Shown: positions 1 to 9,304, counted from the stretch's first letter. The stretch is DNA of 64,000 nucleotides from Patescibacteria group bacterium (GCA_041645215.1 JBAZQK010000001.1:54091-118090); one strand, 5' to 3'. Numbers and translations: made by a program. Notes: a model not told the origin generated them from the sequence alone.

Positions 1-30
1 TTATGGCCGGTTATAGTAAGGCCCGGCGTA

Positions 31-537
31 ATGGCAGAATTGGACAGTTGGCTGCCGCAGTTTTTAAAAGGCAAGATTTTTAAATATTTTTTAGCTAGCT
101 ACCTAATTATCTTATTACCAATCGGCCTGTGGCGCGGCGGTAGCGAAGCCTACAACGGTTTGCGCGCGGGCTTTAAGTTAAACAAATATCAGGCCGTAAC
201 CACCTGGCTAAGACAAAACACTCCCAGCCGTTCCATAATCTTCCAAAGCGACTGGAGCAATTTTCCGGTGCTGTGGTATAACGATTTGCATAATTATTAT
301 TTAACCGGCTTAGACCAAACTTTTATGTATGAATATGACCGTGATAAATATTGGTTGTGGCAGGCGGCGGCAGCGGGAGAGAAACGTAATTTATATGACA
401 TTGCCCGTTATAATTTTGGCGCGTCTTATATATTGCTGGACCGCGATTATCCCAAAATGTTGCTATGGTTGAATCGTGATAAACGATTTAAAAAAGTTTA
501 CTCTGACCAGGAGGCCATTATTTATGCGCTTGATTAA
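31..537 (+). CDS. Hypothetical protein. The ORF is open to the window edge, so it may be the C-terminal part of a longer gene.
   Basis: 168-aa ORF with an aromatic-rich sequence and no motif I recognise. It overlaps the next gene by 14 nt. Confidence 0.3.
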   Translation: MAELDSWLPQFLKGKIFKYFLASYLIILLPIGLWRGGSEAYNGLRAGFKLNKYQAVTTWLRQNTPSRSIIFQSDWSNFPVLWYNDLHNYYLTGLDQTFMYEYDRDKYWLWQAAAAGEKRNLYDIARYNFGASYILLDRDYPKMLLWLNRDKRFKKVYSDQEAIIYALD

Positions 538-1720
538 AAGTTTTTTTGGCCGGAATTTCGTTCTAACGATTTTATGTTTAAACGTTTTGCTCTGGACAGC
601 GGGCAGCGTGGTTCAGCAGCGCGTTGATTTATTAAGGGGGTCGCCGGGCATAACCTGGTTTCGCGAGGAAGTGGATTTTAAAGTGTACTTTTCCGGCCAA
701 GGCTGGGTGATTCCCGGCCGGGTGCTTTATGATAAAGGCTACGCTGAATATCCGCCTTTAGGGGTACTTTATATTTGGTGGCCCAGACTGGTAACAGATA
801 ATTTTGAAACCTACCACTGGTTATTATGGTTAAGCAATGCGGCCGGTTATGTATTGGCTGGTTGGTTAACCTGGAGATTGGCCAAACTCTGGCAGTTGGG
901 GGACGGTGCTTGGTGGTTATGGTTGCTGCCGTCGGCGGTTTATTACAGTTTGAATCGTTTTGATATTTTGCCAGTGGTTTTGGTTTTACTCAGTCTTTAT
1001 TGGTTTAAGGGTGGAAGTTTCCGTTTATCAGGGGTAAGTTTCGGCGCCGCGATGGCTGCTAAATTCTATCCTGTCTTATTAGTGCCGTTATTTTGGCAAT
1101 TATTTAAAAAACAAAATTTATCGCCAACTAGATTTGTGGTTTATAGTTTAGCGCCATTATTATCACTGTCACTGGCAGCAGTCATAGTCGGCGGCGGCCC
1201 GGCCGTCTGGTCGCCTTATGTTTTGCAAATGAGCCGGATTTTCGAACCAGGGAGTATCTGGTTTTTGTTGGCAGGCCTCTGGCCGCAAATTAATGACATC
1301 GTTCGCACTCTTACATCTTTAGCACAGGTGGCGGTGCCGATAATTTGGGGGATAGGGTCTTACTTAACCAAATTGCCTTGGCGGTTGGAGATTAACCTTA
1401 ATTTAGCCAGCTTAACTTTGTTGGGATTCGTTTTTTTTAATCATTTTTATTCTAACCAGTGGTGGCTGTGGATTTTACCCTGGCTGGCCTTAGTCTTCCC
1501 GGTTAATTTGATTTATTTATTAGGGGTTTATGACCTGGTGAATTATTTGGAGTTCCCGGTAGCGGCTGAACTTGGGGGTAAGGGCAGTCTGTTTTTTAAC
1601 TGGTTAGTGGTGGTGCGCAGCGGCCTGTTTTTGTTTATAATAGCTATATTGGTTAAACAATTAATAGGTGAGAGACGAAAAAGTATTTATGAAAATTTGG
1701 TTGATAATTCCCACTTATAA
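524..1720 (+). CDS. Polytopic integral membrane protein, possibly a GT87/DUF2029-like or PMT-like membrane glycosyltransferase.
   Basis: About 10 predicted TM helices, very Trp/Leu-rich, with a KFYPVLLVPLF segment. Start chosen at ATG 524, preceded by aggagg. The ORF track begins at 476. It lies directly upstream of a GT2 gene. Confidence 0.4.
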   Translation: MRLIKSFFGRNFVLTILCLNVLLWTAGSVVQQRVDLLRGSPGITWFREEVDFKVYFSGQGWVIPGRVLYDKGYAEYPPLGVLYIWWPRLVTDNFETYHWLLWLSNAAGYVLAGWLTWRLAKLWQLGDGAWWLWLLPSAVYYSLNRFDILPVVLVLLSLYWFKGGSFRLSGVSFGAAMAAKFYPVLLVPLFWQLFKKQNLSPTRFVVYSLAPLLSLSLAAVIVGGGPAVWSPYVLQMSRIFEPGSIWFLLAGLWPQINDIVRTLTSLAQVAVPIIWGIGSYLTKLPWRLEINLNLASLTLLGFVFFNHFYSNQWWLWILPWLALVFPVNLIYLLGVYDLVNYLEFPVAAELGGKGSLFFNWLVVVRSGLFLFIIAILVKQLIGERRKSIYENLVDNSHL

Positions 1721-2414
1721 CGAAAAAAGTACTATTATTCAACTACTGGAAGCGTTGTTTGGTTTACCCTTGGAATTGTCAATTTTGGTGGTAGATGACA
1801 ATTCACCCGACCAAACCGCTCAATTGGTTCAATCAGCGCAGAGTCAATATAAAAATTTGCATTTAGTCAAGCGGCCGGCCAAACTCGGCTTGGGTAGCGC
1901 TTATCGCTTTGGTTTTGATTACGCGTTGCACCGCGGAGCGGAGGCAGTGGGGCAGATGGACGCGGATTGGTCCCATCAACCAGTTGATGTTTTAAAGTTG
2001 CTGGCGGCAATTAACAATGGCGGTGATGCGGCCATTGGGTCGCGGCGGGTAACCGGCGGCGAAATTAGCGGTTGGAATTGGCGCCGGCATTTTATGAGCC
2101 GAGGCGCGACTTGGTTGGCGCGCTTGGTATTACGTTTAAAAACCCAGGACATAACTGCCGGGTTTAGGTTTTATACTAAAGCGGCCTTAAGCCGAATACC
2201 GTGGTCGCAGGTTAAAAGCGAGGGTTATGCTTGGCAAGAGGAGACTATTTTTTTGTGTGAGCAGGCGGGTTTAAAGATAATTGAGGTGCCGGTTAAGTTT
2301 GTTGATCGCCAGCAAGGCCAATCCAAATTAGGCTTAAGAGACGTTGTGGAATTTTTTAAGGCGGTGTTTAGATTAAAATTAGTTAAAATTTTAGCTACTA
2401 AAAAACACTCCTAA
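1689..2414 (+). CDS. Family-2 glycosyltransferase, polyprenol-phosphate mannose/glucose synthase-like (Dpm1/GtrB type).
   Basis: MKIWLIIPTYNE...VVDDNSPDQT...DADWSHQP matches the GT2 nucleotide-binding DxD region of dolichol-phosphate mannosyltransferase-like enzymes. The internal ATG at 1689 fits better than the ORF start at 1668. Confidence 0.7.
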   Translation: MKIWLIIPTYNEKSTIIQLLEALFGLPLELSILVVDDNSPDQTAQLVQSAQSQYKNLHLVKRPAKLGLGSAYRFGFDYALHRGAEAVGQMDADWSHQPVDVLKLLAAINNGGDAAIGSRRVTGGEISGWNWRRHFMSRGATWLARLVLRLKTQDITAGFRFYTKAALSRIPWSQVKSEGYAWQEETIFLCEQAGLKIIEVPVKFVDRQQGQSKLGLRDVVEFFKAVFRLKLVKILATKKHS

Positions 2415-2431
2415 TAAGGAGTGTTTTTTAG
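2399..2431. terminator. Bidirectional rho-independent terminator between convergent genes.
   Basis: aaaaacactcctaataaggagtgtttttt forms a perfect 9-bp stem flanked by A-runs and T-runs on both sides. Confidence 0.5.
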
Positions 2432-2443
2432 TAGTAATGTGAA

Positions 2444-3040
2444 TTAGGGTTGGCACTGTCCTGGCGGGTAGGCCGCCCCGCGACATACTAAGAGGACAGG
2501 GGTGGTAGCAGGAGGGACAGCAGGGATGACACCACAATCAGCATTTTTGTAGCAAGTTTCGCCTTGTTTGCGTGATCCGGCTGCAAAAGTTTCAGTCGGC
2601 GTTCCACCACCCAGCGATGTAACGGTTTTTAAGTTTTTTACAATAAACGACGAAATAATAAACGACGCCATTATGATTATGAGTCCGATTATAGCGCCGC
2701 TTAAAACTTTTTTGGCTTTGGTAATTTTTTCCTCATTGCCGGCCGCGGTCATCCAGCTAAAGCCGCCGTAGATTATTAAAATGACCGCCAACACGCCCAC
2801 CAATCCTAGAACCACATTAATGATAGTGGCCGCCACTAATACCGGGTCAGCTTCGCCAATCGGCAAACCTGCGGCTTTGGCGGTGTTTTTCAGGTTGTAG
2901 TCCTGCACTAGGGCAGGAGGATTTGGGTTTTCAGCGTAAACCGTTTTAACGTTAACAACTAGCGTAAACGAGAAAGCCATTAATACGCTAGCCATTAAAA
3001 TTATTAAAGCGATTTGCCCTTGTTTATAAGGACGTTTCAT
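2444..3040 (-). CDS. Secreted T4SS-type pilin (CPR TrbC/VirB2-like family) with a Cys-rich C-terminal tail.
   Basis: Signal/TM segment, then ...GGFSWMTAAGNEEKITKAKKVL... flanked by two hydrophobic helices. The C-terminus reads CYKNADCG...CRGAAYPPGQCQP. The same W-MTAAGNEEK core appears in the next three genes. Confidence 0.6.
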   Translation of the reverse strand: MKRPYKQGQIALIILMASVLMAFSFTLVVNVKTVYAENPNPPALVQDYNLKNTAKAAGLPIGEADPVLVAATIINVVLGLVGVLAVILIIYGGFSWMTAAGNEEKITKAKKVLSGAIIGLIIIMASFIISSFIVKNLKTVTSLGGGTPTETFAAGSRKQGETCYKNADCGVIPAVPPATTPVLLVCRGAAYPPGQCQP

Positions 3041-3067
3041 AGATTATTTTCCTCCGCTGTCAATACC

Positions 3068-3097
3068 CCGCGGCTGGCCGCGGGAAAAAAATAGGGA
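3068..3097 (-). terminator. Rho-independent terminator after the pilin gene at 3210-3572, read on the minus strand.
   Basis: ccccgcggctggccgcggg followed by aaaaaaa on the plus strand, which gives a GC hairpin plus U-run on the minus strand. Confidence 0.4.
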
Positions 3098-3209
3098 GAA
3101 TCCTCCGAAGTCCTCCTTGGGAGGACGAAGGAGGAGTATGGAGCTTCGGACGAATGAACACTTTTTGAAGAGCCGCCGATACCTCGTCGGCTTGCCGCGA
3201 GGTAGTTCA

Positions 3210-3572
3210 TTAAGGAGTGGCGCCAGTGGCATTAGATAAGTTGCTGATGACAAATGAGGCAATGGCGAAAGCGGCAAAGATGATTACTAAGCCAACTACG
3301 CCCGCTCCCAGTAATTTTTTGGCCTCGCCCACCTTTTCCTCGTTGCCGGCCGCGGTCATCCATTTAAAACCACCCATCAGAATTAATACTACCGCGACAA
3401 CACCTAAGAAACCTAAGATGACATTGATAATTTGCGCTATAGTGGTAATTAAATCCTTGTTGCCGAGGTTGACGTTACCCTCCAATGGGGTTAGCCCGTA
3501 GTTTTGCGCCAATACGACTGCTGGCAGGCCGTACATTACAGCGCCCGTAACAGATGCAATTATTTTTTTCAT
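3210..3572 (-). CDS. T4SS-type pilin, the minimal 120-aa form.
   Basis: Signal peptide, then ...GGFKWMTAAGNEEKVGEAKKLL... followed by a hydrophobic helix. Confidence 0.6.
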   Translation of the reverse strand: MKKIIASVTGAVMYGLPAVVLAQNYGLTPLEGNVNLGNKDLITTIAQIINVILGFLGVVAVVLILMGGFKWMTAAGNEEKVGEAKKLLGAGVVGLVIIFAAFAIASFVISNLSNATGATP

Positions 3573-3685
3573 GATGTCACCCCCTTTCTTAATTTTACGC
3601 CCGATAGAAAAAATCGAGTATAGTTATTTGAGTAATTAAATTATAAAATATTATTTCGTTTTAGTCAATTGCTTTTGTTTTATAG

Positions 3686-5206
3686 TTACTGTGATGCGCA
3701 TTCTTTACCAGCTACCCATTGCATTCCCGAGTCTGGCACATAACATTTGCCATTGATTAATTCATATGAACCGCCAATATAATTGCACCCCCAGATAGGG
3801 TTAGGATCGCCGACCGGCGGAAAAAGACCAGCCTTGCACATACCTTCTAAGACACCCCCCTTACAGCCCTTAAGTCCGCCTAAGTTTATTGTGCATTGTC
3901 CAATTTGTTGGCAGTTGTAGCCTAGATATTGCTTGCCGGCTTCTTCGGTCGGTGAGCCCCACCAACCAGGAATATTTTTACCGGCTTTTTTACAAGTACT
4001 GCCAGTTTCTAAACGGCAAATGAAATCTTTTTTAGCCCAATCCCAGCGGATACAGGCCCACTTAGGTTCAAGTTCATTGCCGCTCACCTGCGGATAGTCT
4101 TCCCCGGCCCGGAAATCAACTGGTAAATAACACGAGCCGTTGCTCAATTCGCCAAATACGCAAGCGCCATTGGTTATCATCCGGCTGATTGGTTTAAATA
4201 ATTCGGGGACGCAATTCTCAACCCGGGTGTTGTATTTTGTAGTTTTGTATTTTAATATGCGGTTTTTATAAGCTCCGCCGGGAGCGCCGTCAATAGTTTG
4301 AATACAAGCCCCGACGTCTTCGCAATTGTAAGCCCCTTTTATTATTAGTTGGCCTTGGGGTTTAATAATGTTGTTATTGGCATCTAATTTAGGCTTGCCA
4401 CATCCAGCCATCGGTTCCATTTCGCATTTTGCGCCATAATCTTTTCCTAGCGGCAGCCTAAAACAAGGTATTTCAGTCGTGGCTTCCGGGGTTGGTTGGA
4501 ATTGCTCAACCACTGGTTGCTGGCCGGAGAATATCTGGTAAACCGGCCGGTAAACAAAATTAATTAAGCTGTAAGCGCCCAAAACCACAGCCAAGCCAAC
4601 AACGCCGTACCCCAAGTTTTTTCTGGCTTTGGTGATTTTTTCCTCATTACCGGCCGCGGTCATCCATAGCAGTCCGCTATAAATAAATACCAGTAAGGTT
4701 AATCCGCCCAATCCGCTTAAAGCAAAGCCCAAAATCCGCTCACCATAAAATTCAAGCGGACCCTTGGTTATATTAAGCGGGTCAAATAATATGCTTTTAC
4801 CAATAAAGTTAGCAGGTGTGCCGCCAGTCAAGGTCTTGATGGTGGTGGAAAGAATAGCGTAACTACCCACTGTTACAACCAAGCCAATTAGGGCGTAGGC
4901 AATCATTTTTTTGCCTTTTTGAAAAGTTTCACTATTGCCGGCGGCGGTTAAAATCCGATAACCGCCTAATACCACAATCACCAAGGTTATCGTACCGGTT
5001 ACCACCATCAAACCGGCGGCCAGCCGGACAAACAGATCGTTGGGGTCAATAGTTCCTAGGGGATTAAACAATGGCGGGATGGATTCTTGGGCGCCGGTTA
5101 TTAGTGGCCAGCCCAGCGCCAAGATGGGAAGCAAAAAAAGCGCCCCCCCCAAAAAAAGATTGATTATTTTTTTATAACTCATAAATAATGTTATGGTTGG
5201 CAACAC
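3686..5206 (-). CDS. Fusion protein with two tandem pilin modules and a roughly 250-aa Cys-rich extracellular domain.
   Basis: Module 1 is ...ILTAAGNSETFQKGKKMIAYALIG... and module 2 is ...LWMTAAGNEEKITKARKNLGYGVVG.... The C-terminal half carries about 20 Cys residues in CxxC/CxC patterns. Confidence 0.55.
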   Translation of the reverse strand: MLPTITLFMSYKKIINLFLGGALFLLPILALGWPLITGAQESIPPLFNPLGTIDPNDLFVRLAAGLMVVTGTITLVIVVLGGYRILTAAGNSETFQKGKKMIAYALIGLVVTVGSYAILSTTIKTLTGGTPANFIGKSILFDPLNITKGPLEFYGERILGFALSGLGGLTLLVFIYSGLLWMTAAGNEEKITKARKNLGYGVVGLAVVLGAYSLINFVYRPVYQIFSGQQPVVEQFQPTPEATTEIPCFRLPLGKDYGAKCEMEPMAGCGKPKLDANNNIIKPQGQLIIKGAYNCEDVGACIQTIDGAPGGAYKNRILKYKTTKYNTRVENCVPELFKPISRMITNGACVFGELSNGSCYLPVDFRAGEDYPQVSGNELEPKWACIRWDWAKKDFICRLETGSTCKKAGKNIPGWWGSPTEEAGKQYLGYNCQQIGQCTINLGGLKGCKGGVLEGMCKAGLFPPVGDPNPIWGCNYIGGSYELINGKCYVPDSGMQWVAGKECASQ

Positions 5207-5871
5207 GTTTCGCTCTTATTTGTATCGCAGCTTCTTGGGCCCATATTTTTAGCCGCTGGGCAGTTTGTTTGACAGGTATTGGGAGAAGTACATGCTACAT
5301 TACAACACTTCCAGTCTGGTTTACAGTTTCTTTGCCCTAAATCCTCATCACCAGTAAAACAGCTTTGGTCAAAACATTTGTTTGGCAAAGTGCAAATATT
5401 TGACACATCACAGCCCAAAGATTCTTTCCACCATTCTTGAGTTAATATTTGTTTGGGAGTTTTTCCAACCGGCGTTGTTAGAATTCCATACAGAGCCACA
5501 ACCAAAAGATAGCCAGCTAAGATTATTAAAACACCGAGCAAAGTAGAGGTTATTAATTTACGGCCGGCGGTAAATTTTTCCTGATTGCCGGCGGCAAATA
5601 CCATGCTTTGCCCGCCCCAAATAAGCATAACCAGCGCCAGGCCGGCGAATATTGACAAAATAACTTTTTGCAGCACTACGAATAAACTAACAAAATCGCA
5701 CATTGTGCAATTGCCGGTGGCTTGGCAAGCCTCTGGCAAGTTGCCCACAATACCTTTTTTAAGTTCAAAAGTCTGGGCAAGGGCGGGCGATGGCGTTGCC
5801 ATTGAAGCCAATACGGTCAGACCGCCAAGCAAAAAAAGGGTAGCCAGTAGGACTTTAGTTGTCCGTTTCAT
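5191..5871 (-). CDS. T4SS-type pilin with a knottin-like, extremely Cys-rich C-terminal module.
   Basis: ...GGQSMVFAAGNQEKFTAGRKLI... pilin core. The C-terminus reads CDVSNICTLPNKCFDQSCF...CKPDWKCCNVACTSPNTCQTNCP...CDTNKSETCCQP. It overlaps the upstream gene by 16 nt. Confidence 0.55.
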   Translation of the reverse strand: MKRTTKVLLATLFLLGGLTVLASMATPSPALAQTFELKKGIVGNLPEACQATGNCTMCDFVSLFVVLQKVILSIFAGLALVMLIWGGQSMVFAAGNQEKFTAGRKLITSTLLGVLIILAGYLLVVALYGILTTPVGKTPKQILTQEWWKESLGCDVSNICTLPNKCFDQSCFTGDEDLGQRNCKPDWKCCNVACTSPNTCQTNCPAAKNMGPRSCDTNKSETCCQP

Positions 5872-5998
5872 ACCATTAATTTAGCACAAAAGGTTAGAAT
5901 AGTGAATTAGGAATTAAGAATTAAGAAGCGAGAAGATAGGAAGGAACGTTTTAGAGCTATAGTTTTTATTCTTAATTCGCAATTCATGATTCTTAATT

Positions 5999-7384
5999 CT
6001 ATTTTCTTAAGGTCTGTCCTACTTGATTGACGGCAAAATCAATGGCTTGTTTTAAATCTACGCCGCCGGCCGCTTGTCGGATCATATTTTGAAAAATCTC
6101 TCGCATAATTTTGGATTTAGAGCCGTGGTACCAGCTTTTAGCCGTTAGCAGTTGTTTAGCTGGTTTTCCCAAGTCAATATCTTCCAGTTGTTTATTAATA
6201 AGACTGCGCAGAGCGGTTGGTTTTTGAGCAGAGGTAAGATATTTGTCCGCCACTTCAGATTTGGTGGTTACGTATTGAATAAAGTTCCAGGCTTCATTGG
6301 GGTGCTGGCTTTGTTTAGGAACGGTTTCCAGGTAGTAACTGGCATAATAGACTGGTTTGTCAGCGGCATCAATTTGGGGAAAATTAGCAACCCCGATGTT
6401 AATTTTGGGCGACAATGTTCGCAGTGTAGCTAAATCGCGCCAGTAGGCAAAAACAAAACCAATTTTACCGGCCGCGAACAATTGCCAGGCGTTGCTCTGG
6501 TCGCGCGACCAGGTATAAGTTTCTTTGCTGGGGTTGGCAAAATCAGTATAAAACCTTAGAGCATCGGCGCCCGGGAAAAAATCTTGGCCGCCAACTTTGA
6601 CCGCTTGGTTAAAAGTAGCGGCGGTGCCGGTGTTGTTAGTCATCGGCGTGCCGTTCTGCAGCATTAGAGCCGATAGAATATCATCCGAGTACGGCACATT
6701 GTCGGCTTCGCCCACGGCGGCGCCATGCTGGACAAAAAAACCACTTTTATCAAGTACGGTAATTTTTTGCGTAGCGTCTTTGAATTCAGTCCAAGTAGCC
6801 GGCGCGGTTGATATTTGGGCATTATTCAAAAGGTCGCGATTGTAAAATAACAACAACGTGTCAAGACTGATTGGCAGGCCGTAGGTTTTATTGTCAAAAA
6901 TTGCGTCACGGGCAACAACATCAACAAAAGTGTCAGTTAAAGCCTGGGGTTTAATGGTTGAGCTGGTTTTAAAATACCATTGAGCTTCTTTTTTAAATAA
7001 ACCTTTAATTTCAACAGACGGTAATTTTAAGCTGGCCGGTAATGGCGATAATTTGTCTAACCAGCCGCCCAGACTGGAGTTAGGCAAGGACACAATGTCG
7101 GGGCCGGTACCGGCCGCTAAAGCTTCCAGCAGTTTATTCTCTAATTCTTCCGCCCGCACAGTTTGAATATTGACACTTATGTTGGGTTGGCTGGTTTTGT
7201 AGTCCTTAATTATTTGATCAAAATTAGATTTTTCACCCTCAATTCGCCACCAATTTAAAGTTAGAGGTTGGGCCGCCTCTTTGGCTTTAGGGTCGCCACC
7301 CTTGCAACCCAGACCCAGCAGACTGCCGACTAATAAACCAGTCATTAAAATAATTAAACCACGGTGCGAGCGGAGGATACTCAT
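5999..7384 (-). CDS. ABC transporter extracellular solute-binding lipoprotein, family-1 sugar-binding type.
   Basis: Lipobox LLGLGC in the signal peptide. The 461-aa length and a Trp/Tyr-rich periplasmic binding-protein pattern fit the family. Confidence 0.55.
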   Translation of the reverse strand: MSILRSHRGLIILMTGLLVGSLLGLGCKGGDPKAKEAAQPLTLNWWRIEGEKSNFDQIIKDYKTSQPNISVNIQTVRAEELENKLLEALAAGTGPDIVSLPNSSLGGWLDKLSPLPASLKLPSVEIKGLFKKEAQWYFKTSSTIKPQALTDTFVDVVARDAIFDNKTYGLPISLDTLLLFYNRDLLNNAQISTAPATWTEFKDATQKITVLDKSGFFVQHGAAVGEADNVPYSDDILSALMLQNGTPMTNNTGTAATFNQAVKVGGQDFFPGADALRFYTDFANPSKETYTWSRDQSNAWQLFAAGKIGFVFAYWRDLATLRTLSPKINIGVANFPQIDAADKPVYYASYYLETVPKQSQHPNEAWNFIQYVTTKSEVADKYLTSAQKPTALRSLINKQLEDIDLGKPAKQLLTAKSWYHGSKSKIMREIFQNMIRQAAGGVDLKQAIDFAVNQVGQTLRK

Positions 7385-8247
7385 ATGATTTGTTTTAAAT
7401 AGTCGCGAAATTCATCTTTTAATTCAGGGTCTTTGAGCGCCAAATCAACATTGGCTTCCAGCCAGCGCAATTTTGAGCCCATGTCGTAATAAATGCCGTC
7501 CACTAAACAAGCATAGATCGGTTTTTTGCTTAGCAGTTGATTAATCGCGTCCGGCAGCCACAACTCTCCGTTCTTGCCCAAAGGGGTGTTTTCTAATTCA
7601 GTGAATATTTCGGGTGTAAGAATATAACCGGAAATGCTGGCTAAGCGCGAGGGCGCGGCCACGGGACCGGGTTTTTCTACAACCGATTTTACTTTATAGA
7701 CACGGTCACTAATTGGTTCAGCCTCAATTATGCCATAATTTTTTGTGCCTTCGTCGTCAACTTTGTAGGCAGTTATAACCGGTTGTTCATATTGTTCATA
7801 GACCTCAATTAATTGTTGGAGGTGCGGCCGGGGGCCAAGCATTAAATCATCGCCAAAAATAACCGCAAAGGGTTCGTTATTAATTAAGTGTTTAGCGTTT
7901 AATATGGGCGTGCCGTTGCCGTAGGGGCCTTTTTGGCGAATATAAACAAAATTAGCCAGTTCAGCGATTTTTTTTACTTGTTCCAGGGCCTCAGTTTTGC
8001 CTTGACGCGCCAGCCAAGCTTCCAACTCCGGCATGTAATCAAAATGGTCCTCCACCGCCCGCTTGTTAAAACTAGTAACTACAATAATGTCTTCTATCCC
8101 TGAAGCTACCGCCTCTTCCACAATGTATTGCAAAATCGGCTTGTCAACTATTGGCAGCATTTCTTTGGGCAGGGCTTTGGTGACTGGTAAAAAGCGTGTG
8201 CCAAAACCGGCTACCGGAATGATTAGTTTGCGAATTTTTTGGGGCAT
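7381..8247 (-). CDS. galU: UTP--glucose-1-phosphate uridylyltransferase.
   Basis: The N-terminus KLIIPVAGFGTRFLPVTKALPKEMLPIVDKPILQYIVEEA is the canonical GalU nucleotide-binding motif. Its stop overlaps the start of the upstream substrate-binding gene. Confidence 0.9.
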   Translation of the reverse strand: MPQKIRKLIIPVAGFGTRFLPVTKALPKEMLPIVDKPILQYIVEEAVASGIEDIIVVTSFNKRAVEDHFDYMPELEAWLARQGKTEALEQVKKIAELANFVYIRQKGPYGNGTPILNAKHLINNEPFAVIFGDDLMLGPRPHLQQLIEVYEQYEQPVITAYKVDDEGTKNYGIIEAEPISDRVYKVKSVVEKPGPVAAPSRLASISGYILTPEIFTELENTPLGKNGELWLPDAINQLLSKKPIYACLVDGIYYDMGSKLRWLEANVDLALKDPELKDEFRDYLKQII

Positions 8248-9018
8248 ACCCTTCTTACCGCAACTTCACTTGCCGTTGACCAACAAATAAAGCGATAATT
8301 TATAAAAAAATTTTAAAAACATAGTGATGATAACACCCTTTTACTTGTTGCCGGCATCAGGTTTGTTTAGTGGAATTGGCGGTACCGAGCATAAACTACT
8401 TTTACCTTAGCACAAAAAAGGTTAAAATAAAAGGTTGGGCGGCGGTTTTTAAACGAGCAAAACCGAGCTTAGTCGGGAAATCTACTAAAGCGGTTAATGG
8501 TATTGTGAAGCTCCGCGGCCTGCCCGCCGCTCGCCTCACCTAATTAACCGATTGTTATAAAGTTACAGTACTAATATTTATAGTTAGAGTTTATCTAAAA
8601 CATCAGCTTTGGCAGGCGGGCCTGCCCCGCTAAGCGGGCAGACGGTTTTATTAAATTACTAGATTATTTAATTAAAAATTGATTAAACCCGCCTGCCAAA
8701 GCCGCTATGCCAAATACGCTCGGGCTATAAATCAAGAGTGGCATAGTTTGGTGTCAGTTTATCTATCAGGCAAGGCGAGCGGCGGGCAGGAATTTAAAAT
8801 TTAAAATTGTTTACTAGTTGGGTATAGGCTTAGGCGGTTTCATTATTAACTTTTTAGTATGTAGACGTAAGTCCTAACATAGTCAATTAAGCGAAGCGTT
8901 AGCGGAGTTTAATGGCGGAGATGGAGGCCCCGCAGTAGGACTTCGCCCACTACGGGGTAAAGATTCTCACTTAGGTACAATTCCGTAATTATTGGTTTTT
9001 CTTGACCCCGTAACAGAG

Positions 9019-9105
9019 CGGAGGGGGTGGGATTTGAACCCACGATACCATTTCTGGTATAACGGTTTTCGAGACCGTCCGATTAAACCACTCTCGCACC
9101 CCTCC
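9019..9105 (-). tRNA. tRNA-Ser(CGA), type II with a long variable arm.
   Basis: The reverse complement folds with acceptor GGAGGGG/CCCCTCC, anticodon stem ACGGT/ACCGT with loop CTCGAAA, variable arm TATACCAGAAATGGTATC and T-arm GTGGGTTCAAATCCCAC. The ORF 8992-9246 is its antisense artefact. Confidence 0.8.
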
Positions 9106-9304
9106 GCTCTTGTACGGGGCGGGCCTGCGCCTTCAACCACCCACCGCTACGCGGGGCCCCGCCATAGGCGGTGGTCGGCCACCCTTCCGCACTTCTACGG
9201 GGCGAGACCAGCGCACTGCTTGTTCCGTATTTTTTTATGGTGCTGAAGGATCGCTTAATTATTAATAATGCTCACAGTATATTTGGCGCAGGCCTCATTG
9301 TCAA

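Noticed and set aside
5880-6005. CRISPR array suggested by the short tandem GAATTAA repeats.
   Set aside because: Units are 7 nt with no spacers and no regular 28-37 nt periodicity, and no cas genes are present.
8992-9246. 84-aa ORF in the ORF track.
   Set aside because: It is the antisense of tRNA-Ser and adjacent GC-rich hairpins, not a gene.
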